Source: Patescibacteria group bacterium (lineage in GTDB: Bacteria; Patescibacteriota; Patescibacteriia; UBA9934). Taken from it: a stretch of DNA of 64,000 bases. The DNA is taken from contig JBAYHI010000002.1 in assembly GCA_041666205.1 (NCBI GenBank), forward strand, positions 725 to 64,724. The letters are read 5' to 3'. Under the pieces are notes generated by a model, which worked only from the letters and a program-made list of their open reading frames with translations, was not told where the DNA came from and did no database searches. Both the position numbers and the translations under genes were made by a program. This document shows, one piece after another, positions 11,492-21,694 of the stretch. How positions within the stretch are numbered: position 1 is the stretch's first letter; every line of letters begins with the position of its first letter.

Positions 11492-12547
11492 ATGTTTAAT
11501 CGATTCCTCGGCAGATTTTCAGAAGATATCGGGATTGACTTGGGAACGTCAAATACCCGTGTTTTTGTAAAAGGAAAAGGTCTCGTCATGAACGAGCCTT
11601 CGATTGTGGCGTTCAATGCGCGCACCAATCAAATCATCGCGGTTGGCGGACTAGCGCGCGATATGCTTGGTAAGACCCCGCCACATATTCATACCTCGCG
11701 CCCGCTTTCCAAGGGCGTGATTTCTGATTTTGAGATCGCGGAAAAAATGCTCAAATATTTCATTGATAAAATTCACGAGGAATCGTTTACGATTGTGCCG
11801 CGGCCACGCATCGTAATTGGTGTGCCACTTGAAATGACCGAGGTCGAGCGCAAGGCGGTTGAGGATGCAGCAATGACTGCTGGTGCACGTCAGGTTTTTT
11901 TGGTGGAAAACGTGGTGGCAGGTGCCATTGGTGCGCGACTTCCAATTACCGAATCGATTGGGAATATGATTGTCGATATTGGCGGAGGTAATACTGAAAT
12001 CGCCGTCATTTCGCTTTCAGGCGTTGTCACATGGAAATCGCTTTCCATGGCAGGCGACGAAATGACCAAAGCAATCACACAATATGCACGCGACGTTTAC
12101 AATTTGCTCATTGGCGATCGTGTTGCCGATATGGTGAAATGTCGCATTGGCAGCGCACAGGAACTATCCGAGCCCATGGAGCTTCAAATGCGCGGGCGCG
12201 ATTTGCTCACGGGTCTTCCAAAAGAAGTGATTGTAACCGATGGGCAAATCCGGGAAGCCCTTCACAAGTCCGTGCGCTCCATCATTGAACAAATCAAATC
12301 CACGCTCGAGGCAACGCCCCCGGAACTCGTGGCCGATATTTACGAGCGCGGGATCACGCTCACGGGTGGCGGGTCGCTCTTGCGCGGATTCGATCGACTC
12401 ATTTCGCGCGAAACCGATATTCCTGTGCGTATTGCAGAAGATCCAACCACCTGCACGGTGCGTGGCACGGGTGCTCTTTTGGAAAACGAACCGCTCCTGC
12501 GTGATATCACCTTGCCCGGCACGGTCGATGAACAATTCATGCCATAG
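11492..12547 (+). CDS. mreB: rod shape-determining protein MreB
   Basis: 351 aa. GIDLGTSNTRVFVKGKG...DIGGGNTEIAVIS...LTGGGSLLRG are actin-fold motifs. Confidence 0.95.
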   Translation: MFNRFLGRFSEDIGIDLGTSNTRVFVKGKGLVMNEPSIVAFNARTNQIIAVGGLARDMLGKTPPHIHTSRPLSKGVISDFEIAEKMLKYFIDKIHEESFTIVPRPRIVIGVPLEMTEVERKAVEDAAMTAGARQVFLVENVVAGAIGARLPITESIGNMIVDIGGGNTEIAVISLSGVVTWKSLSMAGDEMTKAITQYARDVYNLLIGDRVADMVKCRIGSAQELSEPMELQMRGRDLLTGLPKEVIVTDGQIREALHKSVRSIIEQIKSTLEATPPELVADIYERGITLTGGGSLLRGFDRLISRETDIPVRIAEDPTTCTVRGTGALLENEPLLRDITLPGTVDEQFMP

Positions 12548-12550
12548 CGT

Positions 12551-13381
12551 GTGCCAATACTTCCTCGCACAAATACGCTCCAATTTCGTCGAATCATTCA
12601 AGTCGCGGTCGGAGTATTTGCCGTCATTTTTTTGATTGTCTTGTACGCGTTCGTGCCCCGATTTCAGCGTGCGGTATCGGGTACGGGTGCGCGTCTTACA
12701 GCCATTGGCACAGGCTTACACGCCGTGTGGGATGGCACGTTTGTTGCAAAAGAACCGCTCATTGCAGAGCGGGATTATTACAAAAATCTATCCGCCTCAC
12801 TTGCAGTTGATGAAGCTTATATTGAACGACTCGAACGTGATTTGGTTGAACTCGAACAATTTCTTTTCTTTACAAAAGGTCATGCAAATCAAAACGTCGT
12901 CATTGCGCGTATCGTGGCTCGCTCACCTGAAGGCGGGTTTGAGCTCTGGGCTGATCGGGGAAGTGAAGACGGGGTAACAGCGCAAATGGCTGTTGCGGTT
13001 GAAGACGGACACCTCATTGGGACGGTGTCAGACGTAGAAGCACATCGATGTAAAATTCGATTGCTCGGCAGTTTTGATAGTCATGTGCCATCAACGATTT
13101 TGGGGCGTGAAAAAACGCTTGGGATGATTGAAGGCCAACACGGCTATGTGCTCACGATGAATTACATTCCGCAAGACGCCACCGTGGCTCAAGGAGACGT
13201 GATTGTGACGTCTGGGCTCGATGGACTGTTTCCGTACGGACTAGTAATCGGGACAGTAAGTTCGGTTTTGAAAAATCCGTCTGACCCATTTCAGACCGCG
13301 CAAGTCCAACCATTCTTTGACGCAAACGAGTATTTAAACGTCATGATTTTACAGGCCGGCGACACGCAATATGCTCAGTGA
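12551..13381 (+). CDS. mreC: rod shape-determining protein MreC
   Basis: 276 aa. N-terminal TM segment, coiled coil, and a C-terminal beta domain ending VVTSGLDGLFPYGLVIGTV. Sits between mreB and mreD. Confidence 0.8.
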   Translation: MPILPRTNTLQFRRIIQVAVGVFAVIFLIVLYAFVPRFQRAVSGTGARLTAIGTGLHAVWDGTFVAKEPLIAERDYYKNLSASLAVDEAYIERLERDLVELEQFLFFTKGHANQNVVIARIVARSPEGGFELWADRGSEDGVTAQMAVAVEDGHLIGTVSDVEAHRCKIRLLGSFDSHVPSTILGREKTLGMIEGQHGYVLTMNYIPQDATVAQGDVIVTSGLDGLFPYGLVIGTVSSVLKNPSDPFQTAQVQPFFDANEYLNVMILQAGDTQYAQ

Positions 13382-13895
13382 GTTTTTTCTCATTTGTGCT
13401 AGTTTCTTATTGTCACTTGTGCAAGGGACCCTCCTTGTGACGCTTCCCGCGCCCTGGAATGCAATTCCGCTTACGTTCATTGTGGGTGTACTTGTGCTGC
13501 ATCGTCATGGGCCCTGGTCGGGGATATTGTGGTTTTTATCCACGGGCATCTTTTTGCCTCTGCTCGGGTTTAGTGCATTTCCAGCATGGCAATTCGTGCT
13601 CTTTGGGATTCTTGGCGCATTTCTGGTTACACGCATCATTACTACGCGTTCCGTGTATGCGCTTCTGGGGCTCGGGTATCTCTTGTACGGATGTGCCGCG
13701 CTTTTCTCTCTTGGGATATTTGTTTTTGTGGAGCACAATCATCTGGGATACGCCTACGGCGACGTTTGGCCCATTTGCGCAAATGGATTTTGGTGGCTGG
13801 GAATTGGTCTCATTTTTGGATTCGTATTGTCGCGCGGAAGTGCACGGCTATTCCGCTCCCTATTTTTAGTGCGCAAATCTCATGTCAGCGTCTAA
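13371..13895 (+). CDS. mreD: rod shape-determining protein MreD (polytopic membrane protein)
   Basis: 174 aa, very hydrophobic. Operon position between mreC and PBP2. Confidence 0.55.
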   Translation: MLSEFFLICASFLLSLVQGTLLVTLPAPWNAIPLTFIVGVLVLHRHGPWSGILWFLSTGIFLPLLGFSAFPAWQFVLFGILGAFLVTRIITTRSVYALLGLGYLLYGCAALFSLGIFVFVEHNHLGYAYGDVWPICANGFWWLGIGLIFGFVLSRGSARLFRSLFLVRKSHVSV

Positions 13896-15798
13896 TCCTC
13901 ATGAGTTGTTTCCCATCAAACCCGAAGAAGGATTGGGGATTGCCTTATTGCCCGTGGAAGATGATGTTTTTGTAGAAGAAACCTATTCGGATCGGCCCAT
14001 GACTGGAGAAGGATCTGCCAGACAATTCATGGGTTCCATTATTTCTCCAAAACGATTCCGCGCGATTTTTCTGTTTACGGCATGCCTTATGCTTTTGCTT
14101 GTTGGTCGAGCCGGGTATATGCAAATCGCGCGTGGCGGAGCTTATCGCGCACTGGCGGAGGAAAATCGATTTCGTTCGTATGTGATTCCGGCAGAGCGCG
14201 GCATTATCACGGATCGCAACGGGGTGATTCTTGCGAGCAATTATCCAACGTTTCGTCTCATCAGCTCAAAAGAATTACTCCCAAGCGATGAAGGTGAGCG
14301 CCTTTCCATTTTCCAAGCTCTTTCTCAAATTCTAGAGGTCTCTCCAGAACAAATGACTGAGGCATATACAAAGGCGACCTCTTATCAAGAACAAATTCAA
14401 CTCGCGCAAGACATTTCCTACGAAGATGCAATGCGTGTGCTTGCGGGGCGCGATGCATGGAGTGGCGTCACGCTCGAAGTTGATTCAGAACGAACCTATA
14501 CAACCGATCAAGTTCCAACACTTTCACATGTACTTGGATACACCGGCCCTATTAGTTCAGAAGAATATGAGGCGTATGGGAAAGAAAAATCCTATCGACG
14601 CTTCGATCGCGTTGGAAAGATGGGGATTGAATCGTTTTATGAAGATCGTCTTCGAGGGATTGCCGGGGAAGAATTAGTTGAAGTGGACGCACAGGGGCAT
14701 ATGAAGCGGTTTATTTCGCGCACCGATCCCGTGGATGGCGAGAACTTAACACTCTCGATTGATTCGGAGCTACAATCGTCCGTGGAGGCGATTCTTCGCG
14801 CGCGCCTGGCGGGAACGGGAATAGAAAATGCCTCCGTGATTGTGATGAATCCAAAAAATGGGGAAGTGCTTTCGCTTGTTTCCTATCCGGCGTATGACGC
14901 AAATCTATTTGTTCAAGGAATGGATGGCGATACGTACACAGCTCTTTTAGAAGACGATGCAAATCCTTTGTTTCCGCGTGCAACGTCTGGGGAATTTCCA
15001 TCCGGCTCTACGATCAAGCCGACGTTTGCTGCCGCGGCACTGATTGAAGGGGTAATTACGCCCGAAACAACCGTGAGCTCCACGGGCGGGTTATCGATTG
15101 GCCCATGGTTTTTTCCGGATTGGCGTGCGGGCGGTCATGGTCTTACAAATGTTTATCACGCCATTGCAGATTCCGTGAATACATTTTTTTACATGATCGG
15201 CGGAGGGTTTGAGGATTTTAAGGGCCTCGGGATTGAGAGGCTCATGCAGTGGGCTGCGACGTTTGGCTTTGGGTCGCAAAGTGGGATCGATCTCTCTGGG
15301 GAAGCAGATGGATTTTTGCCAAGCCCAGAATGGAAAGAGGACGTAAAAAATGAGGTTTGGTACATTGGAGACACCTATCACGTCGCGATCGGGCAGGGGG
15401 ATTTCTTAGCTACCCCACTTCAAATTGCTCGCTCCACGGCCGTATTCGCCAATGGCGGATTTCTTGTCACCCCGCATTTGCTCATGAGCGTTTCGGGAAA
15501 TGCCACGTCGATTATTTCCACCGACATTGCCGATATCATAAAAACCGCCATGCGCCGCACGATTACGCAGGGAAGCGCCACATCACTACAAAGTTTGCCC
15601 ATTGAGGTCGCTGGAAAAACGGGTACCGCACAATGGTCAACGGTTGAAGATCCACATTCGTGGTTCACCGGGTTTGGCCCATATGACGATCCGCAATTTG
15701 TGGTAACGGTTTTGGTAGAAAAAGGCGGAACCCTTAATCTTGCAACTCCAATTGCGAAAGATATTTTTGAGGCATGCAATAACATTCTCCTTGAGTAA
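13882..15798 (+). CDS. mrdA: penicillin-binding protein 2 (peptidoglycan D,D-transpeptidase)
   Basis: 638 aa. SGSTIKP (SxxK), SxN region, and KTGTAQ motifs. Follows mreBCD. Confidence 0.9.
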   Translation: MSASNPHELFPIKPEEGLGIALLPVEDDVFVEETYSDRPMTGEGSARQFMGSIISPKRFRAIFLFTACLMLLLVGRAGYMQIARGGAYRALAEENRFRSYVIPAERGIITDRNGVILASNYPTFRLISSKELLPSDEGERLSIFQALSQILEVSPEQMTEAYTKATSYQEQIQLAQDISYEDAMRVLAGRDAWSGVTLEVDSERTYTTDQVPTLSHVLGYTGPISSEEYEAYGKEKSYRRFDRVGKMGIESFYEDRLRGIAGEELVEVDAQGHMKRFISRTDPVDGENLTLSIDSELQSSVEAILRARLAGTGIENASVIVMNPKNGEVLSLVSYPAYDANLFVQGMDGDTYTALLEDDANPLFPRATSGEFPSGSTIKPTFAAAALIEGVITPETTVSSTGGLSIGPWFFPDWRAGGHGLTNVYHAIADSVNTFFYMIGGGFEDFKGLGIERLMQWAATFGFGSQSGIDLSGEADGFLPSPEWKEDVKNEVWYIGDTYHVAIGQGDFLATPLQIARSTAVFANGGFLVTPHLLMSVSGNATSIISTDIADIIKTAMRRTITQGSATSLQSLPIEVAGKTGTAQWSTVEDPHSWFTGFGPYDDPQFVVTVLVEKGGTLNLATPIAKDIFEACNNILLE

Positions 15799-15851
15799 AA
15801 ATCTGGGGATATCTTCGCTAAGATGCGACGAATGTTCGTTATAATACAGTC

Positions 15852-18800
15852 ATGAAGCGGAGGTGTTGTATTCCAAAAGTGTACTTCTTTTTATGCTTCG
15901 CGGCATTTCTTGCATCGATCTTGTATTTGGATTGGAATGCGAGCACGAGCACATTGCCCTTTTTCGATCAGGATGCAGGAATGGAGATTGTTTTGGAATC
16001 CCAAGAAAAGCGAATTTCTCAGTTTGGTTCGCTCACGGGAATTTCAAATTTTATTGATCCGGTTTACGGCACCAGCCCGGTGACAGAGTTCGTCCATTTC
16101 GATGGAGAAGCATCCGATAACTGGACTGGGTTTAGCGCAAAGATGATGGATTTTAATGATGATGGCGATGAGGATCTAATAATCGGTGCGATCTCTGAGG
16201 GTACCGTAGGTGCAGAAGTCGGTGCAATCTACATGTTCTATGGAGACGGTTCTGCCTGGATATCCATGTCTGTAGCAGATGCGGATGTAAAAATTACTGG
16301 AGCATCGGATACGAGCGGGGTCGCATATACGGGAAAGGAAATTATCAATGCGGGCGATGTGGATGGGGATGGCGCAGATGATTTATTATTTGGAGCTGAA
16401 CGCGGCGAAGGGAACAGCATTTTGGATAACGGGCTGACATTTTTAGTTTATGGCGGTCAAGCGTTAAGCGGCACGTATAGCGCAGACAATATTGGGACCA
16501 CGATTGCTGGTGCCACATTTTATGGCACATCTGCGCAAGAACAATCCGGTTCGCGGTTATCTGCTGGAGATTTTGATAATGATGGATATAATGATCTACT
16601 TGTCAGTGCAATTTTAGAAAGTACAACATTGTCGCAACGCGGTGCTGCATACTTAATTTATGGCGACGCAGTACGTTTATCGGGCGTGAATGCACTTGCA
16701 AATGTGGGTGGCACAATTGCGGGCGTTACATTTAGAGGTGCGGCAGCTGGTGATCGTCTCGGAAAAGGCGTGCGCATGATTGATGTGGATGGGGATGGGT
16801 ATGATGATATTCTTGCAAGTTCAACGCTCGCGCATTATGGGGGCACGGCTGATGTAGGCGTAACATATCTCATTTATGGAAATCAGGCGCTGGTGAGCCC
16901 AGTGGACGTTTCAAACGTTGGCGGGAGCGTTACGGGTGCATCATTTTATGGAGAGGTTGTAAATGATTCTTCCGGCAACGATATTATGGGTGGGTTTTAT
17001 AACGAGGATGCCTTTGGCGATTTCAGTATTTTTGCAAACCTCGCGGATAATGGCGCGATTGCCAATACCGGTGCCTCGTATTTGATTTTTGGTTCCGCAA
17101 CACGTTTTACGGGTGCCAATGCGCTCAGTGGAGTTGGTTCGACGATTTCTGGATTGAAATTTATCGGGGAAGGGGAAAGTGATCGATTCGGAAATTATTT
17201 CACTGCCGCGGATATCAACAATGATGGCCTCAATGAATATATCGTGACCGCAACCTCAAACGACAATGGCGGGGCTATTACAGATAGCTACGGGGCGATG
17301 TACGTTGTTTATCGCAATCAAGTGCTCACGAGTCCGATTCTTGCCTCAACCATTGGCACATCCGTGAATGGGGTGAAATTTGTCGGGGAAGAGCTTGGGG
17401 GACTTTTGGGATTCGATGTGACACGTGTCGGGGATCTTAATGGGGATGAGTATGAAGAAGTGATGGTGGGTGCCTATAAAGTTGATGTGGGGGCATATAC
17501 CGATGCCGGAAAAGTTTATCTGGCGTATTTTTATGTCGACGCGGATCTGGACAGTTACCCGGGAACTGCAGGTGTGTTTGACGGGACAGATAAAGACGAT
17601 GCCGATCCGCTGGTGCTTGATAGTTGGCACCCAACCGTCGCGGCGGTAAGTGGCGTTGAGGCGACCAATGGAACAAACCTTGTTACGGTTCAATTCACAT
17701 TAGATGATGCAGACGACGATGATACGTGCTCGGCAAAAGTTGAATATAGCATCGACGGAGGCTCTACCTGGGCCAAGGCAACGCTGAGCGAAGTCGGTGC
17801 TGATACGACCGCGACTTATGGAGATCCAACCGTGGAAAATGACGGCACGTATCAGATTGGAATCGTTGACGCCTACATCACGACGTCCACGGGCGCAAAT
17901 ACGGTGACGACAATTTGGAATGCTGGAACCGACGCGCCAAATACGGAAGTCTCAAATGCGCAGCTTCGTATTACTCCGTACGACAATACGATGCCTGGTA
18001 CTGCGGTTGCTTCATCGAATTTTATCATCGATACAAAATCCCCTGCCGGGCTTGCAACGCTCACGCGAGGCGCTGTTGCATGGAATTCCCTCACGCCAGC
18101 ATGGGATGTTGCCACGGATCTCAATTTCGATCACTACGAATTGTGGTACGGGCAAACGCAATCCGATGTTGATGGCCGCACGGGAACCGCACTTGAGTGG
18201 GATGGAGATAATGATGCAAATCTTTCGACTGCGACAACGGGTGTAAGTTTGATATCAGGGTTGTCGCCTCTCACGCATTATTTCGTCGCATTAGTTGCGC
18301 TCGATACATTTGGTCATGAATCGAGCGTGTCTTCCGTTGACATGCCCACGATCAAGAAATCTGAAAGTTTGGTGACGGCGAGTCCGGGCGGGAGTGCGGT
18401 TATTTCAGGAACCATTGAATCATTTTTGATCACACAGGCCCGATTCCCTGAATCCTCAACGATCCAAGAGGAAACGCTTACGCATTTTTCTTGGACGTCC
18501 ACAGGTGAGGTGCCATTCATGAATTTGTATTATTCGCTCGATGAAGGCGAGACGTATACAAAAATTGTTGGACCAACCTTGGCAACCGGCTCCTACGATT
18601 GGACTACGCCCAAAGCACTCGACGCGACCGCGATTCTTTTTAAACTTGAGGCAACGGATTTAGCCACAATTTTAGACATGGAGACAACGAAAAAAGCCTT
18701 GGGCGTCATGCGTCCGATCGTTGGTGAATCTCCAATTACGGGCAAGCCTCAGCAAATCACTGAGGTATTTCCAGGTGAGACGATTCGTAGCGAATCATTT

Positions 18801-19220
18801 TCGGGTATTTATCTCGTGACCGATGCATACGAGCGCCGTGTATTCCTCAATGAGGAAACGTATTTCACTTGGGCAGATTCACTGGATAGGTTAAAAGTCG
18901 TGTCAGATGCCACGCTTGCATCGCTCCCGTTGGTTGGGCGCGTGCTTCCAAAACCGGGTGTGGTGCTTGTGAAGGTTCCATTTGCCCCTGAGGTCTATGC
19001 GATTGTGGAAAATTCCGATGATCCATTCCGTCCGCTCTTCCGTTGGATTTCAAGTGAGCAGGCTGCTAAAGATTTATTCGGGTCAGATTGGGCACAGTAC
19101 GTGATGGATATTCCGTTTGACGGGTTCCGACTTTTCGGAGTTGGAGATCCCATCACCGGGGTAATTGATTATACAGCAGACATGACGCAAATGAAGAAAC
19201 GTACCACATTGCACGAATAA
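15852..19220 (+). CDS. large membrane-anchored surface protein with FG-GAP/VCBS-type repeats
   Basis: 1122 aa. N-terminal TM anchor. At least five DxDxDG repeats (GDVDGDGADDLLFGA, GDFDNDGYNDLLVSA, IDVDGDGYDDILASS, ADINNDGLNEYIVTA, GDLNGDEYEEVMVGA), then a Thr/Asp-rich C-terminal region. Confidence 0.7.
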   Translation: MKRRCCIPKVYFFLCFAAFLASILYLDWNASTSTLPFFDQDAGMEIVLESQEKRISQFGSLTGISNFIDPVYGTSPVTEFVHFDGEASDNWTGFSAKMMDFNDDGDEDLIIGAISEGTVGAEVGAIYMFYGDGSAWISMSVADADVKITGASDTSGVAYTGKEIINAGDVDGDGADDLLFGAERGEGNSILDNGLTFLVYGGQALSGTYSADNIGTTIAGATFYGTSAQEQSGSRLSAGDFDNDGYNDLLVSAILESTTLSQRGAAYLIYGDAVRLSGVNALANVGGTIAGVTFRGAAAGDRLGKGVRMIDVDGDGYDDILASSTLAHYGGTADVGVTYLIYGNQALVSPVDVSNVGGSVTGASFYGEVVNDSSGNDIMGGFYNEDAFGDFSIFANLADNGAIANTGASYLIFGSATRFTGANALSGVGSTISGLKFIGEGESDRFGNYFTAADINNDGLNEYIVTATSNDNGGAITDSYGAMYVVYRNQVLTSPILASTIGTSVNGVKFVGEELGGLLGFDVTRVGDLNGDEYEEVMVGAYKVDVGAYTDAGKVYLAYFYVDADLDSYPGTAGVFDGTDKDDADPLVLDSWHPTVAAVSGVEATNGTNLVTVQFTLDDADDDDTCSAKVEYSIDGGSTWAKATLSEVGADTTATYGDPTVENDGTYQIGIVDAYITTSTGANTVTTIWNAGTDAPNTEVSNAQLRITPYDNTMPGTAVASSNFIIDTKSPAGLATLTRGAVAWNSLTPAWDVATDLNFDHYELWYGQTQSDVDGRTGTALEWDGDNDANLSTATTGVSLISGLSPLTHYFVALVALDTFGHESSVSSVDMPTIKKSESLVTASPGGSAVISGTIESFLITQARFPESSTIQEETLTHFSWTSTGEVPFMNLYYSLDEGETYTKIVGPTLATGSYDWTTPKALDATAILFKLEATDLATILDMETTKKALGVMRPIVGESPITGKPQQITEVFPGETIRSESFSGIYLVTDAYERRVFLNEETYFTWADSLDRLKVVSDATLASLPLVGRVLPKPGVVLVKVPFAPEVYAIVENSDDPFRPLFRWISSEQAAKDLFGSDWAQYVMDIPFDGFRLFGVGDPITGVIDYTADMTQMKKRTTLHE

Positions 19221-19267
19221 TTATGATGGAGTTGACGATTCCGTAGGGGCTGTTATGATAGGAGAAA

Positions 19268-19293
19268 CACCGCCTGAACGGCGGGTTTCTTTC
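19268..19293 (+). terminator. rho-independent terminator after the FG-GAP gene
   Basis: ccgcc-tgaac-ggcgg followed by gtttcttt. Confidence 0.55.
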
Positions 19294-19309
19294 GTCAATA
19301 AATTGATGT

Positions 19310-19774
19310 ATGGCAGAAGTGTATTATGTGTCCAAAGCAGGGATGGAAAAACTCCAAACCGAACTGGAATATCGTTCCGGGGTTTATCGTAAGCAAATTT
19401 CCGAAAAAATCGGCACAGCCAAAGAGCAAGGCGACTTGTCGGAAAATTTTGAATATCAAGAAGCAAAAGAAGAACAAGCTCAAAACGAAACACGCATTAT
19501 TGAGATTCGCGACATGATGGCTCGTTCGGTGCTCGTGGAAGAACGTGCCGGAGAGGGGATTATTCATCTTGGCACGCGTTTTTCCGTTGAGCTTCCAGGC
19601 GGGTCCCAAAAAGATTTTCAAATTGTTGGCGCAACGGAAAGCGATCCGATGCAAGGAAAAATCAGCAATGAATCTCCGCTCGGGAATGCCTTCCTTGGCA
19701 AGCATCCCAACGAAGTAGTAGAGCTCGATTTGCCGTCCGGAACAGTTGGGTACAAAATTATTTCCATTTTATGA
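19310..19774 (+). CDS. greA: transcription elongation factor GreA
   Basis: 154 aa. Coiled-coil N-terminus containing GDLSENFEYQEAKEEQ, and a C-terminal FKBP-like domain. Confidence 0.9.
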   Translation: MAEVYYVSKAGMEKLQTELEYRSGVYRKQISEKIGTAKEQGDLSENFEYQEAKEEQAQNETRIIEIRDMMARSVLVEERAGEGIIHLGTRFSVELPGGSQKDFQIVGATESDPMQGKISNESPLGNAFLGKHPNEVVELDLPSGTVGYKIISIL

Positions 19775-21264
19775 TTTCTGAGGAGATCGTGCGACGTGAA
19801 CGATTAACTGCGATTCGTGCTGCCGATGTAGAGCCATACCCAGCCGAGAGTCATCGCACCATGATGGCGCAAGCGGTCCTTGATGCATTTGATGAACTCG
19901 TTGCAAACGGGAAAGAAGTCATTTTATGTGGACGCATTCGCGCGATTCGAAAGCACGGCGGGCTCACATTTCTGGAGTTGCAAGATGAGAGTAATACCAT
20001 GCAAATTGTTTTGCGTCGTGACGATTTGGGGATTGAGCCCTATGAAGCGTTTCATCGTCTTGCCGATATAGGGGATTTCTATGAAGTCATGGGTGCTGCG
20101 TATCTCACCAATCGCGGGGAAAAATCCGTGCTCGTCACCAATACGCGATTGCTCACAAAAACGCTCTTACCATTGCCGGAAAAATTCCACGGGCTTCAAG
20201 ATACAGAAAAACGCTATCGCTATCGCTACCTCGATTTACTTACAAACCCGGAGGCAAAACGCATGGCCCTGATGCGATCACGCATGGTTGCCTGCATTCG
20301 TCGCTTCTTGGAAGAGGAAGGATTTTTGGAAGTGGAAACGCCCATTTTGCAAGCTATTGCAGGGGGTGCAAATGCACGTCCATTCAAAACGCGTCACAAT
20401 ACGCTTCACCACGATTTTTATTTGCGCATTGCGCCTGAGCTTTATTTGAAGCGATTGCTTGTTGGCGGATTTGAAAAAATCTATGAATATGCGCGCTGTT
20501 TCCGCAATGAAGGGGTGAGCCAGCAACATAATCCCGAATTTACGCAGATTGAATTGTATTGGGCATACGCAAATATCGAGGGACTTATGGCGCATTTGGA
20601 GCGCTTATTGCAACGGGTGAACAAGGAGATTCTTGAGGAAAAACCCATGCAGTTTGGCGATCAAGCGGTTTCGTTTTCTTTTCCACTTCCGCGTACGTCT
20701 TTCCACGATTTAGTAGAAAAGCATACGGGAATCGATGTCGATTTGTTTGATACAGAAGATAAATTGCGCGAGGAGATCGAGCGCATCGGGCTCCGTACCG
20801 AGGGAGTGATTGGGGTGGGGGATTTGCTTGATCATCTGTACAAAGAGCGCGTGCGTCCAAAGATTATTGCCCCGCAATTTGTGATTGATTATCCAATTGC
20901 GCTCAAGCCCTTGGCAAAAGCGCGTGCAGATAAACGCTATAGCTCGTGTGCACAACTGCTCATCAATGGCATGGAAGTCTGGAATGCCTTCAATGAGCTC
21001 AACGACCCCCTTGAACAAGAAGAACGATTCCGCGAGCAAGAAGCCTTGCGTGAGCGTGGAAGCGAAGATGCACAACGCGTGGATGAGGATTTCTTGAATG
21101 CACTGAAACATGGTATGCCTCCGGCAGCTGGCTATGGATTGGGGATTGATCGCCTGGCCATGCTCCTTTGTGGCGCGGATAATTTAAAAGAAGTCATTCT
21201 ATTTCCAACACTCAAGCCTTCTGATAACCTACTAGAGCATGAGGATGCACAATCTCCAATGTAA
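19771..21264 (+). CDS. lysS: lysyl-tRNA synthetase, class II
   Basis: 497 aa. Anticodon-binding OB domain, FRNEGVSQQHNPEFTQIELY (motif 2), and GYGLGIDRLAMLL (motif 3). Confidence 0.95.
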   Translation: MISEEIVRRERLTAIRAADVEPYPAESHRTMMAQAVLDAFDELVANGKEVILCGRIRAIRKHGGLTFLELQDESNTMQIVLRRDDLGIEPYEAFHRLADIGDFYEVMGAAYLTNRGEKSVLVTNTRLLTKTLLPLPEKFHGLQDTEKRYRYRYLDLLTNPEAKRMALMRSRMVACIRRFLEEEGFLEVETPILQAIAGGANARPFKTRHNTLHHDFYLRIAPELYLKRLLVGGFEKIYEYARCFRNEGVSQQHNPEFTQIELYWAYANIEGLMAHLERLLQRVNKEILEEKPMQFGDQAVSFSFPLPRTSFHDLVEKHTGIDVDLFDTEDKLREEIERIGLRTEGVIGVGDLLDHLYKERVRPKIIAPQFVIDYPIALKPLAKARADKRYSSCAQLLINGMEVWNAFNELNDPLEQEERFREQEALRERGSEDAQRVDEDFLNALKHGMPPAAGYGLGIDRLAMLLCGADNLKEVILFPTLKPSDNLLEHEDAQSPM

Positions 21265-21694
21265 GGTGTTCGTATTTGGCGTGTTCGATCTTTTTCATCC
21301 GGGACACGTGGCATTTTTGCGTGAAGCGCGCCAGCATGGAGAACATCTTATTGTAAATTTAACGCAAGATTCGGTCGTAGAGGAGCTCAAGGGCATGCCA
21401 CCCGTTCATTCGTGGGATGAACGACATGCGATTCTGATGCAATCCGGACTTGTGGATGAAATCGTCGCGGGCGATAAAATGCGCGGCATGTTTTCGCAGG
21501 TGGTTGCCACGCGTCCGGATGTCATTGCGTTCGGCTATGACCAAGGTGCCCTGCAAGTGGCGGTTGAAGCTTGGATCAAGCGGTATGCTTTCAACATTCG
21601 CACAGTGAGACTCGCCCCCTATAAACAAGACCAATACAAATCATCAATCTTAAGAGCGACCTATGATCGATCTAAAAATACTTCGGGAACATAG
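21239..21694 (+). CDS. cytidylyltransferase-like nucleotidyltransferase (RibL/TagD-like, HxGH)
   Basis: 151 aa. FGVFDLFHPGHVAFLREA is the HxGH motif. Layout resembles archaeal-type FAD synthetase RibL and glycerol-3-P cytidylyltransferase. Overlaps the lysS end by 26 nt. Confidence 0.55.
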   Translation: MRMHNLQCKVFVFGVFDLFHPGHVAFLREARQHGEHLIVNLTQDSVVEELKGMPPVHSWDERHAILMQSGLVDEIVAGDKMRGMFSQVVATRPDVIAFGYDQGALQVAVEAWIKRYAFNIRTVRLAPYKQDQYKSSILRATYDRSKNTSGT